Positions 50,852 to 64,000 of a DNA stretch of 64,000 nt are shown in pieces. The translations under genes and the position numbers were made by a program. The stretch covers positions 32,001-96,000 of the forward strand of contig CAWJQQ010000002.1 of assembly GCA_963845065.1 (NCBI GenBank), in the 5' to 3' direction. Every line of letters begins with the position of its first letter. Position 1 is the first letter of the stretch. The notes beneath the pieces are model-generated. The model ran no database searches. It was not told the origin of the DNA and saw only the letters and a list, made by a program, of their open reading frames with translations. Source of the stretch: Nitrospirota bacterium. GTDB lineage: Bacteria > Nitrospirota > UBA9217.

Positions 50852-52030
50852 TTGAAAAGAAAGGGAAAAGTATTGTTCCGTATTAGCTCTAATCAGAAAC
50901 TTACCGGGAAAATCGCAGTCGGCATATCCCTCATGCTTGCCTCCGCCTTCCTCGAAAATACAATATACCGCATCATCCTCGCCTTCATGCTGTTTTTGGG
51001 GACTATCGCTGTCACTTATATACTTCTACGGCATAACGCAAGCCGATTCCTTGCTGAACACGAAGAAGCATTGAAACAGCTGCGTTCTGAAATGGACGCT
51101 TCCCGAAACTCTTTTTCAAGCTTCTTGATCGAGCGGTCGCGGCTCATCCCGGTATTTACCGGTCAGCTTGCGGAGGTCATGCAGCAGACGGAAACCGCAG
51201 CCCTCGAACTCGGGAAAAGCTTCATGAACATCGTTGCCCGGTCTCAGGACCAGGCAAAAAAAACGTCACTGTCACTTAGCGCTTATGCAAGCAAAGGCAA
51301 TGGCAACAGCGATACGCTCCTCGACATCAGCAGAAAAACGCTTCTGGAGGTCATTGATAGCATGAAGACCAATGCCAACCGTGAAGCACAGACGCTTAAG
51401 GACATGGAAGCGATCATTACACATATGAAGAATATCAGCGATATCGTGAACGAGATTGAATCCATTGCGAACCAGACCAATCTGCTTGCCCTGAATGCCG
51501 CCATCGAGGCTGCAAGGGCAGGAGAACAGGGCCGGGGCTTTGCCGTGGTCGCCGATGAGGTGCGTAAGCTATCCGACAGGTCGAATGCATCCGCTCTAGA
51601 AATACGAAAGCGCATCGTAACCATCGATAACAATGTACAAGAAATGTATGCGGAGACCGGGGAAAAGATATCCGAAAGCGGCCGGAAGTCGGAGGAGTCG
51701 GAACTGGTCGTTGTAAACACCTTAAACAAAATAGATGAAGCGAACCATAGTGCGGCAAAGCAGCTCGATGAACTCACCGGCGAAAGCGAATCACTCGCAC
51801 GGGACATCAGCGGGATCCTCATGTCCATGCAGTTCCAGGACATCACACGGCAGCGCATCGAACACGTCATAGAACCGCTGCAGGCGCTCAAAACCGAGCT
51901 GACCGAAACTGCACAACGGATGGGCGTGGGGACTGCTGACACGCCGGTTGGCAGCACAGACCTTTCCCACCTGGAGAAGATGTATACCATGGAATCAGAA
52001 CGACAGGTGCTGCGGGAATCGTTGACCTGA
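50852..52030 (+). CDS. MCP-like protein with a QFQD C-terminus
   Basis: MCP hairpin tip plus [21 protein letters not shown]; start codon uncertain. Confidence 0.85.
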   Translation: MKRKGKVLFRISSNQKLTGKIAVGISLMLASAFLENTIYRIILAFMLFLGTIAVTYILLRHNASRFLAEHEEALKQLRSEMDASRNSFSSFLIERSRLIPVFTGQLAEVMQQTETAALELGKSFMNIVARSQDQAKKTSLSLSAYASKGNGNSDTLLDISRKTLLEVIDSMKTNANREAQTLKDMEAIITHMKNISDIVNEIESIANQTNLLALNAAIEAARAGEQGRGFAVVADEVRKLSDRSNASALEIRKRIVTIDNNVQEMYAETGEKISESGRKSEESELVVVNTLNKIDEANHSAAKQLDELTGESESLARDISGILMSMQFQDITRQRIEHVIEPLQALKTELTETAQRMGVGTADTPVGSTDLSHLEKMYTMESERQVLRESLT

Positions 52031-52107
52031 ACCCACTGACCGTGCAGGGGAACTGAATTCAATAAATGCGAGACCTGTTTCGTCCAGGACCCGAGGAGGA
52101 GAAAGCA

Positions 52108-52473
52108 ATGGCAAAGAGAATACTGATAGCGGACGACTCCGCGTCCATGCGCCAGCTGGTAGAGTTTACGCTCAAGAGCGCGGGCTTCGAGGTGATCGTC
52201 GCGGTGGATGGCAAAGATGCCTTGAACAAATCAAATGGCTCAAAGATCGACATGGTCATCACTGATCTCAACATGCCCGGGATGGACGGCATCACCTTGA
52301 TCAAAGAGCTTAGAGGAGCGCCGGCGAACAAATTTACCCCCATCGTCATGCTCACGACGGAATCGCAGGCAGACAAGCAGGCGGAGGGGAAAAAGGCAGG
52401 TGCGAGCGGCTGGATCGTCAAACCCTTTACTCCCGCCGCATTGCTGGAAACAGTCAACAAGCTCGCAAAATAA
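52108..52473 (+). CDS. cheY: Chemotaxis response regulator
   Basis: ADDSASMR..TDLNMP..LTTES..GWIVKPF; RBS GGAGG. Confidence 0.9.
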   Translation: MAKRILIADDSASMRQLVEFTLKSAGFEVIVAVDGKDALNKSNGSKIDMVITDLNMPGMDGITLIKELRGAPANKFTPIVMLTTESQADKQAEGKKAGASGWIVKPFTPAALLETVNKLAK

Positions 52474-52484
52474 CAGGAGGCATC

Positions 52485-52820
52485 ATGCTTAAGACAAGGA
52501 TCGAAAAATCAGGCGGATCCGGCTTGCTGGTCCTTGAGGGTGAGATGATCATCGATCATGCGGAGGAGATGAAACGATTTTTCCTTGAAGCTCTGGAGGG
52601 CCGGAGTTCGCTGGACCTCAATATGGCGGGGATAAGCAAGGTTGATATGTTCGGACTTCAGGTGCTCTGCTCTGCGCACCGCTCTGCAATGAAGGCCGGC
52701 AAGGAACTGACGTTGATTGGGCAACAGCCCGAGGTTCTCCGGGACGCAATCGTCATGGCCGGTTACGGCTGCACTGCCGCATGCTCCGTGGACAAACCCT
52801 GTCCCTGGAATGAAAAGTGA
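52485..52820 (+). CDS. STAS-domain protein
   Basis: LEGEM.I..LNMAGISKVDMFGLQVLCSAHR. Confidence 0.85.
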   Translation: MLKTRIEKSGGSGLLVLEGEMIIDHAEEMKRFFLEALEGRSSLDLNMAGISKVDMFGLQVLCSAHRSAMKAGKELTLIGQQPEVLRDAIVMAGYGCTAACSVDKPCPWNEK

Positions 52821-52831
52821 GGTCTGGTTAT
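52751..52831 (+). repeat. 81-bp direct repeat, copy 1 (STAS 3' end plus RBS)
   Basis: 73/81 identical to 55517-55597 by manual alignment. Confidence 0.9.
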
Positions 52832-52983
52832 TTGATGTGCCCAAGCTGGTGCAGTCAACAATTATGCAACGAGCGAGAAAACATACGGCATGCCAACGCC
52901 TATGGATATTTGATACCTTAAGCATGAGCAGGTTTTACGGATAACGGTGTAAATGACAATAAAAAACGAAGGGGAACGAGACT

Positions 52984-55398
52984 ATGGAAACCACAGGGAC
53001 CAAAAAGAGAGCAAAGAAGGCAAGAATGAACGGAAACGGGAAAGTGTCAGCAAAAATACGCGCGCTCGAGCAACAGCTCGCCGAGGCACATCGAAAGGCG
53101 AGACGGGCGGAGGATGTTTTGGGGTGCAGCGCGGCACCTATGGTCATTGTCGACAGAAATTTGACAATCACGGCCGTGAACGATGCCGCCCTCAAGACCA
53201 TGGGGTATGGCCGGGACGAGGTTGTCGGTAAGATGACCTGCGCAGAATTTCAGAAAACCCTGTTGTGCAGCACGGAAAACTGCACGCTGAAGAACTGCAT
53301 GCGCACCGGCCAGACCATCGTCGGCGAAACAATGGCGATGACGAGGAGCGGACGAAAGTTTCCGATCAAGGCAGCCTGTTCTCCAATGTTGGATGAGCAG
53401 GGGAATGTTTACGGCGGTATGGAAGTGATCATTGATCAGACCGAAATGATGCGAGCCAAATGGGAGAGTGAGAATATCCCGAAGTCCATCGCTACCCCTA
53501 TGTTCGTCGTGGACCGTGACCTCAAGATAACGAACATTAATGACGCTGCGCTCAAGGCAATGGGGTATCAGCGCGACGAGGTTGTCGGAAAAATGACCTG
53601 TTCCCATCTGTGCAAAACACCGATCTGCGACACACCAAGCTGCACCCTTAAGAACTGCATGCGTTCGGGCGAGCCTATCATTGGGGATACAATTGCCGAA
53701 ACAAGGGACGGACGGAAGTTTCCAGTACGCGCAGCCTGCTCACCGCTCGTAGACGAGCAGGGGAATGTCTACGGCGGCATGGAAGTGATCAGCGACCAGA
53801 CCGCGGTGGTGCGCGCCAAGTGGGAAATCGAGAATGTCCAGAAATCCATCGCTGCACCCATGTTTGTCGTCAACACGGACCTCGTCATTACCCAAATCAA
53901 CGACGCCGCGCTCAAGACCATGGGATACCTGCGGGAGGACGTCCTGAACAAGATGACCTGTGCTCAGCTGTGCAAGACGCCGCTGTGTGGTACTGAAAAC
54001 TGTACCATCAAGAACTGCATGCGCACTGGTAAGCCAGTCTTCGGCGAAACGGAGGCGGAAACGCGGCATGGCAAGAAGATTCCCGTGCAAGCCGCATGTT
54101 CGGCGCTCATCGATGAGCACGGCAAGCCCTACGGCGGCATGGAGGTGATCATAGATATTTCCGAGGTCAAGCGTTTGCAGCACGAAGCTGACGAGCAACG
54201 GGAGTATCTGCAACGCCAGGTGGCCATGCTCGTGGAAAAGCTTGAAGCATTCAGCCAGGGAGACTTGTCGATCACGGTGACCGCTGAGCGCCAAGACGAA
54301 ATTGCAAAAATCATCGAAAGCTTGAACAGGGTCCTTCAAAACCTCAGGGGTCTCGCGCAGGCCGCAGAGAAGATAGCAGGAGGAGATCTGACGAACAGCG
54401 TAAACGTGCTGTCTGAGAAAGACGTCCTAGGTGCGTCCCTCGCCGCGATGCTCGAAAAGCTCCGCTTGGTCGTAAGCGAAGTCAAGACCGCGGCGGACAA
54501 CGTGGCGTCGGGGAGCCAGCAGATGAGCACTGGTTCAGAACAGCTGTCCCAGGGTGTGACTGAACAGGCAGCTTCCGCGGAAGAGGCGTCGTCGTCGGTG
54601 GAGGAGATGAGCGCGACGATCAGGCAGAATGCCGACAACGCGCAGCAGACCGAGAAAATCGCAATCAAGAGCTCGAACGACGCACTTGAAAGCGGCAAGG
54701 CCGTATCCGAGGCGGTGGCGGCTATGAAAGACATCGCGAAGAAGATATCGATCATCGAGGAGATCGCCCGCCAGACGAATCTGCTGGCGCTGAATGCGGC
54801 CATCGAAGCAGCTAGGGCCGGCGAGCACGGAAAAGGCTTTGCGGTCGTGGCATCAGAGGTGCGTAAGCTTGCCGAGCGGAGCCAGGTGGCCGCCGGGGAA
54901 ATCAGCGAGCTTTCAGAAAGAAGCGTGGAGGTGGCGGAGCGAGCCGGTGCGATGCTGACGAAGCTCGTGCCGGACATCCAGAAGACCTCGGGGCTGGTGC
55001 AGGAGATCAGCGCGTCGTCGAAAGAACAGGCCACAGGCGCGGACCAAATCAACGTTGCAATCCAGCAACTCAACCAGGTTGTCCAGCAGAACGCGGGCGC
55101 AGCGGAGGAAATGTCCTCCACTGCCGAGGAGCTCTCGTCCCAGGCCGAACAGCTCCAGAGCACGATCTCGTTCTTCAAGGTGGATGACAATGGCCATGGT
55201 GCTCGCACGGCATTGGTGAAGCGCACTGCGCCGGTGCACAGGCAGCAGAACGCGCACATGGCCCCGAAAGCGAGGACCGCTGTCCCGGCAACAGTACCGA
55301 CAATAAAGCATGTCGGCGTGGCGCTCGAAATGGGCGGTGACAAACTGAAGGTGCACGGAAACGGCGATTCCCGAGATTCGGAGTTTGAGAAATTCTGA
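52984..55398 (+). CDS. Soluble MCP with three Cys-rich PAS domains and HAMP
   Basis: No TM helix; 3x PAS with Cx8Cx4Cx4C; MCP signalling domain; C-terminal EFEKF pentapeptide. Confidence 0.9.
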   Translation: METTGTKKRAKKARMNGNGKVSAKIRALEQQLAEAHRKARRAEDVLGCSAAPMVIVDRNLTITAVNDAALKTMGYGRDEVVGKMTCAEFQKTLLCSTENCTLKNCMRTGQTIVGETMAMTRSGRKFPIKAACSPMLDEQGNVYGGMEVIIDQTEMMRAKWESENIPKSIATPMFVVDRDLKITNINDAALKAMGYQRDEVVGKMTCSHLCKTPICDTPSCTLKNCMRSGEPIIGDTIAETRDGRKFPVRAACSPLVDEQGNVYGGMEVISDQTAVVRAKWEIENVQKSIAAPMFVVNTDLVITQINDAALKTMGYLREDVLNKMTCAQLCKTPLCGTENCTIKNCMRTGKPVFGETEAETRHGKKIPVQAACSALIDEHGKPYGGMEVIIDISEVKRLQHEADEQREYLQRQVAMLVEKLEAFSQGDLSITVTAERQDEIAKIIESLNRVLQNLRGLAQAAEKIAGGDLTNSVNVLSEKDVLGASLAAMLEKLRLVVSEVKTAADNVASGSQQMSTGSEQLSQGVTEQAASAEEASSSVEEMSATIRQNADNAQQTEKIAIKSSNDALESGKAVSEAVAAMKDIAKKISIIEEIARQTNLLALNAAIEAARAGEHGKGFAVVASEVRKLAERSQVAAGEISELSERSVEVAERAGAMLTKLVPDIQKTSGLVQEISASSKEQATGADQINVAIQQLNQVVQQNAGAAEEMSSTAEELSSQAEQLQSTISFFKVDDNGHGARTALVKRTAPVHRQQNAHMAPKARTAVPATVPTIKHVGVALEMGGDKLKVHGNGDSRDSEFEKF

Positions 55399-55516
55399 AA
55401 AAACAGAGGCAGGGGTATCAAAAATAGGTATTTTATGTTGACTAGGCAAAGGACTGTAGAACGATATCCGCAAGGGAAAATGCAGGGACCACTTGCCCGG
55501 GGCGCTGGGGCACGAC

Positions 55517-55597
55517 CGTCATGGCCGGTTACAGCCGCACTGCCGCATGCTCCGGGGACAAAACCTGTCCCTGGAGCGACAAGCGAGGTCTGGTTAT
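55517..55597 (+). repeat. 81-bp direct repeat, copy 2 (includes the cheA RBS and start)
   Basis: Matches 52751-52831. Confidence 0.9.
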
Positions 55598-57728
55598 GAG
55601 CGATATCAAGGATAAACACCGGGAAGCCTTTAAAGAAGAATCCCGTGAACTGCTTTCCGAGCTTGAAACATCGCTGCTTGAACTGGAGGAACGGCCCGAT
55701 GATGCTGATCTCGTCGGCAGGGTTTTCAGGGCCATGCACACGATCAAGGGCTCCGGAGCGATGTTCGGGTTTGAGGCAGTATCCGCCTTTACCCACGACG
55801 TCGAGACTGTTTTCGACCTGGTCCGGAATGGCTCGATTCGCGTCACCAAAGAACTCATCGATCTGACCCTCGCTGCAAGGGACCATATCCGATCGATGCT
55901 CGATGCTTCTGAAGGAGAGCCTGAAGTCGACAAGGACAAAGCCTGCAGGATTATCTCCTCATTGCGAAAGTTTATCCCGGACCTCGCTGCGACAGTCAAA
56001 GGAGAACATTTCCTCCCTCCTGTTGTTGTAGTCCCGCAATCGGAGCGCGCCGATCGGGAAATCACCTTTAGGATCCACTTCCGCCCACCGCGAGATATCG
56101 CATTCCGTGGCATGGACCCCATCGGCCTGCTGAATGAACTAAGTTACCTGGGCGAATGCACGATCACTGCGCGGACACAGGATGTTCCGTCCCTGGATGA
56201 ATTGAATGCTGAATCCTGCTACCTGTACTGGGATGTGATCCTCACGACCAGTGAAGGGGTCAATGCGGTGAAAGACGTTTTCCTCTTTATTCAGGATGAC
56301 GCCGAGGTGAAGATCGACATTATCAAAAACCCAGTTGATGGCACCGACGCTGGGCAGAAGAAACTCGGTGAAATTCTCGTGGAGCGCGGAGAGGTAACTC
56401 CCGAGATCGTCCAAAAGGGGCTTTCTGCGCAAAAACGGTTCGGACAGGTTCTCGTAGAAATGGGCGCCCTAGAAGCGGACGAAGTAACTTCCGCTTTGGC
56501 CGAGCAACGGCATCTGAAAGCTCAGCAAGATAAAAAACAAGCAGCGGATTCCGCATCGAGCATCCGGGTATCGTCGGACAAACTGGACAAACTGGTGGAT
56601 TTGGTGGGCGAACTCGTAACGCTCCAGTCGCTTCTCAGCCAGACCGCGGGCAATTTTAAAAAAACAAAGATTCCGGCGATCGCCGAGGCCGTGGAACGCT
56701 TGACTTCCGAACTCCGCGACACTACTATTGGCATCCGCATGCTGCCCATCGGTTCCACCTTCAGCAAGTTCAAGCGTCTTGTCCGCGACCTCTCCAAGGA
56801 GCTGGGCAAAGAGATCGAGCTTACGACAGAAGGAGCGGAAACCGAGTTGGACAAGACAGTCATTGAAAAATTAGGTGATCCGATGGTGCATATCCTGAGA
56901 AACAGCATCGATCACGGCATTGAACAGCTGGAGGATCGCGTGGCTGCAAACAAGCCGAGGACAGGCACAATCCACTTGTCTGCAAAGCATTCGGGAGCAC
57001 ATGTCCTGGTGCAAGTCCAGGACGACGGCAAGGGGCTCGATCCCGACGTGATCCGCGCTAAGGCCGTGGAAAAAGGACTGATATCTTCCGATGCAAAACT
57101 GTCCAGAAAAGAGATCTTTTCGCTCATCCTCGCCCCGGGCTTTTCCACTGCGAAAACCATCACGAGCGTATCAGGACGCGGCGTAGGCATGGATGTGGTC
57201 AAACGCGCCATCGAGTCGCTGCGCGGCTCCATCGAGATCAACAGCCAAAAAGGTTCGGGCACGACGATAACGCTGAAACTCCCCCTCACCCTCGCGATCA
57301 TAGAGGGCCTTCTGGTCAAGATCGGCGCGGAGTCGTTCGTCATGCCGCTTGCCCTGGTGGAGGAGTGCGTGGAGTTGACCCGAAAGGACGTGCAAAAAGC
57401 TAATGGCAGGGACTTGGCGCAGGTGCGGGGAAAGGTCGTACCGTACATACGGCTCCGCGAGCAATTCATGATCACCGGAGAAAGGCCAGCCATAGAGCAG
57501 ATCGTGATCGTCTCCCTGGAAGGCCAACGGGCAGGATTCGTCGTGGACCGCGTTATCGGCGGACACCAGACAGTGATCAAGAGCCTGGGAAGTATGTACA
57601 AGGACATCGACGGCATATCCGGGGCAACGATCCTGGGAGACGGCACCGTGGCCCTGATACTGGATGCGTCGAGGCTGATTCACCAGGCAGAGCAGAAGGA
57701 AACGAACATACACGGTCATTTTAGCTGA
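55596..57728 (+). CDS. cheA: Chemotaxis histidine kinase
   Basis: FRAMHTIKG (Hpt), HILRNSIDHG, SGRGVGMDVV, C-terminal CheW-like domain; RBS GAGG before ATG 55596. Confidence 0.95.
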   Translation: MSDIKDKHREAFKEESRELLSELETSLLELEERPDDADLVGRVFRAMHTIKGSGAMFGFEAVSAFTHDVETVFDLVRNGSIRVTKELIDLTLAARDHIRSMLDASEGEPEVDKDKACRIISSLRKFIPDLAATVKGEHFLPPVVVVPQSERADREITFRIHFRPPRDIAFRGMDPIGLLNELSYLGECTITARTQDVPSLDELNAESCYLYWDVILTTSEGVNAVKDVFLFIQDDAEVKIDIIKNPVDGTDAGQKKLGEILVERGEVTPEIVQKGLSAQKRFGQVLVEMGALEADEVTSALAEQRHLKAQQDKKQAADSASSIRVSSDKLDKLVDLVGELVTLQSLLSQTAGNFKKTKIPAIAEAVERLTSELRDTTIGIRMLPIGSTFSKFKRLVRDLSKELGKEIELTTEGAETELDKTVIEKLGDPMVHILRNSIDHGIEQLEDRVAANKPRTGTIHLSAKHSGAHVLVQVQDDGKGLDPDVIRAKAVEKGLISSDAKLSRKEIFSLILAPGFSTAKTITSVSGRGVGMDVVKRAIESLRGSIEINSQKGSGTTITLKLPLTLAIIEGLLVKIGAESFVMPLALVEECVELTRKDVQKANGRDLAQVRGKVVPYIRLREQFMITGERPAIEQIVIVSLEGQRAGFVVDRVIGGHQTVIKSLGSMYKDIDGISGATILGDGTVALILDASRLIHQAEQKETNIHGHFS

Positions 57729-57994
57729 CCTGGGGTGGAGTAACACGGGTGCGAAGAAACGGGATGTTCAGGAACTTGGGGAACTGGCCACTGTAGGCAG
57801 GGGTGTCAAGATTTATTTGGGTCATGGCAGTGGCTATGACAAACTAGATAACGATTTCGTTAAGTAGTGAACTACCTCGTAATACTATACATATTATCAT
57901 GTAAATCTACTTTTGTCAAAAAACGTCGCCTTTCATCCCCTCCCTTACGGAAGGGGAATATTCCAGGCGAAAAGTTAAAGAAAGGAAGCTTACC

Positions 57995-58489
57995 ATGAGT
58001 GTAGCAGAAATAAGTCAAACAACCCAATACCTGACTTTCAAGCTCCAGGACGAGATCTTCGCGCTCGACATCTCCACGGTCCGCGAAGTGCTGGACTTTA
58101 CCATTGTCACCAAGGTGCCGGGGACCCCGGACTTCATGCGGGGCGTCATCAATCTTCGGGGGAGCGTGGTCCCGGTCATCGACCTGAGGCTCAAGTTCGG
58201 GATGACAGTGACCGAGAAGACGGTGAATACCTGCGTCATTATCGTCGAGGTAAAGGTGGACGGGGAAACCGTCATTCTCGGCGTGCTGGCAGATTCCGTC
58301 CAGGAGGTGAAGGACCTGGAAAACGACCAGATTGAACCAGCGCCGCGGATCGGGATGCACCTGAAGACCGATTTCATTAAAGGCATGGGTAAGCACAATG
58401 ATCAATTTCTCATGATCCTCGACATCGACAAGGTGTTCTCGTCCAACGAGCTTACCGGCTTCCGAAATGCCGACGAGGTTGCGGTCTAA
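57995..58489 (+). CDS. cheW: Chemotaxis coupling protein
   Basis: QYLTF..GVINLRGSVVPVIDLR. Confidence 0.95.
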   Translation: MSVAEISQTTQYLTFKLQDEIFALDISTVREVLDFTIVTKVPGTPDFMRGVINLRGSVVPVIDLRLKFGMTVTEKTVNTCVIIVEVKVDGETVILGVLADSVQEVKDLENDQIEPAPRIGMHLKTDFIKGMGKHNDQFLMILDIDKVFSSNELTGFRNADEVAV

Positions 58490-58630
58490 GCAGAGATTCT
58501 TTCCCCCTTCTTCTGGATTCCCTCCTCCCCTTGAGAGGAAGGGAATCCGGGCTTCAGGGGAGGTAACCATAAATTGCGCGTATGTGGCGCAGTATTCGCA
58601 TTAAGTGCTTTTACTCGTGAATCTTATTAG

Positions 58631-60612
<1,982 letters not shown>

Positions 60613-60776
60613 ACGCCCACCACACTGCCGTCATAGCCACGTGGGAATAAAAGACTATTATTTTAGGAACGGTTACGCTAATCGATGCCCTGATGCTGAA
60701 ACACAAGTCCAACGCAGAATTTTGTTATCCAGATAGCACGTGACATCACACCTTCGGGGAAAAAGGACACGAGCAT

Positions 60777-62411
60777 ATGAACGAATTCGATCGGATTGCA
60801 CTAAAGTTAAAGAACATCTCCATCAAATGGAAGCTGATGCTGCCAATCGTTATCATCATGACAGGGATCGGCTTTGCCAACAGTACCTGGGTGGGGCTTA
60901 AGATCCATGAACTGTCAATGGAACAGAGCGAGCGCGATCTGACAACTTTGTCCGAGACCGTATTCGGTGTCATGACCGATTACATGAATACAGGCATGAT
61001 GAACGAGCACAAGAAGCCCTTTCTGGATCACATGAATAGGATGCTTCCCGTACGAATGATCAGGGGAGCGGTCTTGGACAAACAGTATGGCACGAAGGCG
61101 CACGAAGATTACGCACAGGACCAATACGAAGAAGCGGTTTTCAGGACAAAAGAACCGGTATTCACGATTGATACGGTAAAAGGCGAAGAGCATTTACGGG
61201 GCATATTCCCGTACATCAATGTCACCAGCTACATGGGTTCAAACTGCGTTACCTGCCACAGTGACGGCGCGAAAGAAGGGGACGTTCTCGGTGCTCTCAG
61301 CATCAGCATCTCCTTGAAAAAAACGCAAGAATCCGTAGCAAAGACCCGTCTCATCATAGCCCTCATTACCGTGCTCCTGTCCTTAGCCAGCATCGGCATC
61401 CTGTTCCTGACTGTTCGATCCGCTCTTCTCAGGCCTCTTCAAAGTGTGCTCATGTTCGTAAAAAAGACGGCGAGCAAAGACTTTCGCTCCCGTCTTGAAG
61501 TCCGATTTCATGATGACTTTGGCCGCCTTTCCACATCCATCAACCAGATGGCCGAGGGGCTGGGCAAGGCGATCGGGGGGATAGCGCATGTAACGGATGA
61601 ACTGTCAGTCAATGCCAATAACCTCAAAGAAGCGATGAATGATACCTTAAGCGGGACCGACAATCAGGCCCGGCAGGCATCTTCTATTGCTACCGCTGCG
61701 GAAGAGATGTCGCAGACGGTTCAGGGCATTTCACAGAGCGGCACGACAGCATCGATCTCAGCGCGCGAAGCGATAGACGTTGCAATCAAAGGCAAGGAGG
61801 TTCTCCGTCAGTCAGTCGATAAGACGAACCTGGCGGGTGAGGCAACAAAGGAACTTTCGACCATGATTGAAAAAATGAACTCGCGCGTACTCGAGATCGG
61901 CGACATTATCTCGGTCATCAGCGGGATCGCTGACCAGACCAACCTCCTTGCCCTGAATGCTGCGATTGAGGCTGCCCGTGCCGGAGAGCAGGGGCGGGGT
62001 TTCGCCGTGGTTGCCGACGAGGTCAGAAAACTTGCGGCAAAAACCACGAAGGCAACACAAGAAATTTCCGATACCATCAAGGCTGTCCAGGCTGACTCGG
62101 GACAGACAGGCCAGTCTATGAAGGCGGCACTGGGCCATGTGACGGACAGCGTGGCCTTCATGAATACAGCAAATGACTCGCTCGACAAAATTGTCAGCTC
62201 GGTACAGAAAACCTCCGACGAAATCACTCAGATAGCCACGTCCATCGAACAGCAGACATTGACGTCAGAGGATATTGCGAAGAACATAGAAGATATTTCT
62301 CAGATAGCCAGCCGGACCCAGACATCCACGGAAAAGTTGAGGACGATCTTTGAAGGTCTCAACAATCTTTCGCAGCAGCTAAAGGCCACGGTGGATGAAT
62401 TCAAGCTGTAG
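60777..62411 (+). CDS. MCP with a periplasmic c-type heme domain
   Basis: TM, periplasmic NCVTCH, TM, HAMP, MCP domain. Confidence 0.9.
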   Translation: MNEFDRIALKLKNISIKWKLMLPIVIIMTGIGFANSTWVGLKIHELSMEQSERDLTTLSETVFGVMTDYMNTGMMNEHKKPFLDHMNRMLPVRMIRGAVLDKQYGTKAHEDYAQDQYEEAVFRTKEPVFTIDTVKGEEHLRGIFPYINVTSYMGSNCVTCHSDGAKEGDVLGALSISISLKKTQESVAKTRLIIALITVLLSLASIGILFLTVRSALLRPLQSVLMFVKKTASKDFRSRLEVRFHDDFGRLSTSINQMAEGLGKAIGGIAHVTDELSVNANNLKEAMNDTLSGTDNQARQASSIATAAEEMSQTVQGISQSGTTASISAREAIDVAIKGKEVLRQSVDKTNLAGEATKELSTMIEKMNSRVLEIGDIISVISGIADQTNLLALNAAIEAARAGEQGRGFAVVADEVRKLAAKTTKATQEISDTIKAVQADSGQTGQSMKAALGHVTDSVAFMNTANDSLDKIVSSVQKTSDEITQIATSIEQQTLTSEDIAKNIEDISQIASRTQTSTEKLRTIFEGLNNLSQQLKATVDEFKL

Positions 62412-62549
62412 ATCGTAACCGACGATGTCCGTGACTTCGATAATTACCGGGATCACTGGTAGGAATGATTCGGAATGGTTGGCAGGTTTAGCGGACTGTT
62501 TAGAAACAATCATTCGGAAGGGGTCGTTGAATTCGCCGAAATATAAAGT

Positions 62550-62843
62550 TTACTGCAGCCGGGTGCCGCATTTCCCGCAAACACGTTTATTGATGTTACT
62601 GCCAAGGCTCTTATTACATGATGGGCATTTCCAGTTAATTGTCGTGAACCACCAAAAAGCAGCAATAGCTACAATCTGCATTCCAAACAGCGTACCTTTC
62701 GATAATTCAACCAATAGTGGACGTTTATAGAGCACGGCGGATAAAAGTACAAGAAAGAGCGCAATCGTTATCGCAATGATCTGACGGCTCTGGCGCATGT
62801 GGAATTGATGACGTATTTGTTTATTGTCCATCTTTTGTACCAC
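62550..62843 (-). CDS. Small membrane protein with a zinc ribbon
   Basis: Two TM helices plus WKCPSC..CGKCG. Confidence 0.7.
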   Translation of the reverse strand: MVQKMDNKQIRHQFHMRQSRQIIAITIALFLVLLSAVLYKRPLLVELSKGTLFGMQIVAIAAFWWFTTINWKCPSCNKSLGSNINKRVCGKCGTRLQ

Positions 62844-63093
62844 GATAATTTCACCTCGTGAGGTTGGTGGCTGTCGGATTGCAAATTAGAATCTCATAGA
62901 CGCTCATGTTGTTTAATAGACATTCAGATCGATGATCGTTGCAAGACAGGCTACTTTCATTTGATACACAAGGAATTCCCTCGATACGGGAACTTACACT
63001 TTCTACTACAAATAGATAAATTCATGCTTCATGCCAATAAATTTCATGATTCATGCCCAAAATTTCACGATTCGTGCCAATTGATATAGACAA

Positions 63094-63579
63094 TCACGCG
63101 CCGCAACATTTCTTGAATTTCTTTCCACTGCCGCAGGGGCAAGGTTCGTTGCGGCCAGTCTTGGGCGTTGCACGGGAAGCAAGCTTTGGCATGGCCTTCC
63201 CGCTCACAAAGTACCATATCCCGTCTCTCTTCTCGAATTGGGACAATTCGTGGTATTCCTGTTTAAGCCCGTTTTCAGTATAGGACACGACAAATTCTAC
63301 CTGTCCTTTGCTGTCGTCAACCCCTCCTGCGACAGTCCTCACTATTTTAATCCCATGCCACGTAGCACTTTCAGCCCACGCCTTGCTGCGACTTTCGTCA
63401 TAATCAGCCCGGTGGTCAGGATGAAGTGAGGTGAGGATATAGCCGATCTCCTTCTTGGCATACGCGCTGTAACGAGAGCGCATAAGTTGTTCTGCAGTCG
63501 CAGCTTTTTGTTGACCGACTATGACAGGCAAGCAGCAAGACTCATACTCGACATTTGAGCCGCAGGGGCATAGGTTCAT
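63094..63579 (-). CDS. ychJ: YchJ family protein (SEC-C motifs)
   Basis: [36 protein letters not shown]. Confidence 0.92.
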   Translation of the reverse strand: MNLCPCGSNVEYESCCLPVIVGQQKAATAEQLMRSRYSAYAKKEIGYILTSLHPDHRADYDESRSKAWAESATWHGIKIVRTVAGGVDDSKGQVEFVVSYTENGLKQEYHELSQFEKRDGIWYFVSGKAMPKLASRATPKTGRNEPCPCGSGKKFKKCCGA

Positions 63580-63894
63580 GGAAGGAATACTCCTTTCGTA
63601 TGGTTTATCTGACCAAAAAGGACGGGACGGCGTTGATATTACGCAAAGGGTGGGCGAGAGTCAAGCTGAAATTGCGCAATACGGGCCGGCAGACACCGGG
63701 CGGCCACTCGACTCCATATGGCGAGTATAACGAGTACTAGTTTACTCCTGTTTTCTCCTATGGTGCACGTTCAGTGATATACTATAACCAGAACTGAAAA
63801 AAACGCGTACTTCTGCTCGCCACTTGTATTCATCGCGATGGCGAGAGAAAAGTACAACGGCTGCTAGTACAGCCGATTTAACGAGGAGGTAACA

Positions 63895-64000
63895 ATGGCA
63901 ACTGTAAAGAACATAAACATTAATTCCTTTTGCGATACCGTGAGCCGCGAGTTATCGGAAATGAAGGAAGGTATCCACATAATTCTGGAAGAGGCCAGAA
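63895..64000 (+). CDS. Hypothetical protein, 3'-truncated by the window
   Basis: RBS GAGGAGGT then MATVKNININSFCDTVSRELSEMKE.., open to the end. Confidence 0.55.
   Translation, partial: MATVKNININSFCDTVSRELSEMKEGIHIILEEAR

Noticed and set aside
54336..55886. 516-aa antisense ORF, and similar ones opposite cheA, cheB, MCPs and pnt
   Set aside because: Shadow frames of well-supported GC3-rich genes, with no motifs.

Overview
Bacterial DNA, probably from an anaerobic or microaerobic sulfur/hydrogen-metabolising organism (Nitrospirota/Desulfobacterota-like gene content; taxon is inferred). 1-7.7 kb: end of a hybrid histidine kinase, a cluster of Met-rich exported proteins, and an ArsR-DsrE/F/H-SQR sulfur operon whose DsrE appears to be a selenoprotein (in-frame TGA in a UxxC motif, followed by a SECIS-like hairpin). 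7.7-33.4 kb: accessory, island-like region with integron-type gene cassettes, intact and decayed toxin-antitoxin modules (one vapBC pair inside a transposase-free TIR/TSD element), a c-di-GMP-I-type riboswitch ahead of a large repeat lipoprotein, several IS200/IS605 tnpB elements and remnants (one interrupted by an IS1380), a small sigma4-alphaCTD fusion gene, pntAA-AB-B, and a terminal tRNA-Met 3' fragment. 34-41 kb: split TauE plus DUF169, an intact tnpB element with IS608-like ends, and a hybrid kinase with an ethylene-receptor-type input domain. 41-49.7 kb (minus strand): MCP-mvhG-mvhA-[IscB/omegaRNA insertion]-maturation protease-hdrA-mvhD-tusA operon. 50.8-62.4 kb: divergent STAS-containing chemosensory operon with a triple Cys-rich PAS receptor and a heme-c receptor. 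ychJ lies near the end. No CRISPR array, rRNA or intact tRNA was seen. All calls come from reading the sequence; no searches were run.
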